Of a stretch of 24,572 nucleotides of DNA, positions 24,100 through 24,572 are shown in pieces. Source of the DNA: an archaeon (GTDB lineage: Archaea; EX4484-52; B79-G9). Positions within the stretch are counted from its first letter, which is position 1; every line of letters starts with the position of its first letter. The notes below the pieces were generated by a model. It worked only from the letters and a program-made list of their open reading frames with translations. It did no database searches and was not told the origin of the DNA. The DNA lies in contig JBDRKP010000004.1 of NCBI GenBank assembly GCA_043813875.1, positions 1 to 24,572 of the forward strand, written 5' to 3'. The position numbers were made by a program, and so were the translations under genes.

Positions 24100-24572
24100 A
24101 TGTACAGAAAAACAGCTGCTATCGGAATTATCATTACGCTTGTCCTCATCATATCATCCGCTTATTCACAGGCAGTCCAGACATATACTCTTGACCATTT
24201 CTATGATGATGGTATTGACAACATCATCCATTTCCCGCTTGGTGGAGGCTCTGATATCTCTACAAAGATCAGGCTGCCAAGAAATTCTGCTGTTGTCGAT
24301 TCAAGGATCGATATCGAAGGGCTGCCTCTCGCTACCGAGATCGACAGTTCTATCGATGCCATCCTTGTGACGGATGTATCCGGAAGCATGGGGGTTGAAA
24401 ACAAGCTCACGGAAGCGAAAAATTCGAGTGTGCTGTTCATTGATATGGCGATATATGACGGAACACTGAATAACATCGGGCTTGTGAGCTATAGCAATTA
24501 TGTGAAGTCTCTTAGTCTCACAAAGGATAAGACTGCGCTCAAGAATGAGCTGAACTCGTATGTCGCACTCGG
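24100..24572 (+). CDS. Secreted von Willebrand factor A domain protein, 3'-truncated (absent from the ORF track)
   Basis: Manual translation: MYRKTAAIGIIITLVLIISSAYSQ...IDAILVTDVSGSMGVENKLTEAKNSSVLFID...IGLVSYS, containing the MIDAS DxSxS motif. Open to the window end; alternative start 24082. Confidence 0.88.
   Translation, partial: MYRKTAAIGIIITLVLIISSAYSQAVQTYTLDHFYDDGIDNIIHFPLGGGSDISTKIRLPRNSAVVDSRIDIEGLPLATEIDSSIDAILVTDVSGSMGVENKLTEAKNSSVLFIDMAIYDGTLNNIGLVSYSNYVKSLSLTKDKTALKNELNSYVAL

Overview
Archaeal chromosomal window. A DPANN-type lineage is inferred from the style of the surface proteins and is not proven. Left part: partial XRE-HTH regulator, AstE/AspA-family hydrolase, coiled-coil and membrane hypotheticals, a lamin-tail/PEF-CTERM protein, a Lon-like S16 protease, the SRP RNA gene (minus strand) and gatC. 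The gatC-ftsZ gap holds a phased array of mini-ORB-like boxes followed by an AT-rich tract with three GGGC-centred palindromes, a candidate replication origin. Next come ftsZ (FtsZ2-like), a large beta-helix surface protein, a ModE-HTH/moaA/moaC/moaB/moeA/moeA-PBP molybdenum/tungsten cofactor operon with a ModE-box-like site over its TATA box, and a cluster of secreted or membrane-anchored surface proteins ending in a partial vWA protein. Most notable non-coding signals: (1) two copies of an unrecognised ~66-nt element with compensatory base changes, one abutting the SRP RNA 3' end and one abutting an ORF stop codon; (2) an SRP RNA lacking helix 6 and with a non-GNRA helix-8 loop; (3) the unusual origin-like architecture. 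All calls were made by eye; no searches were run.
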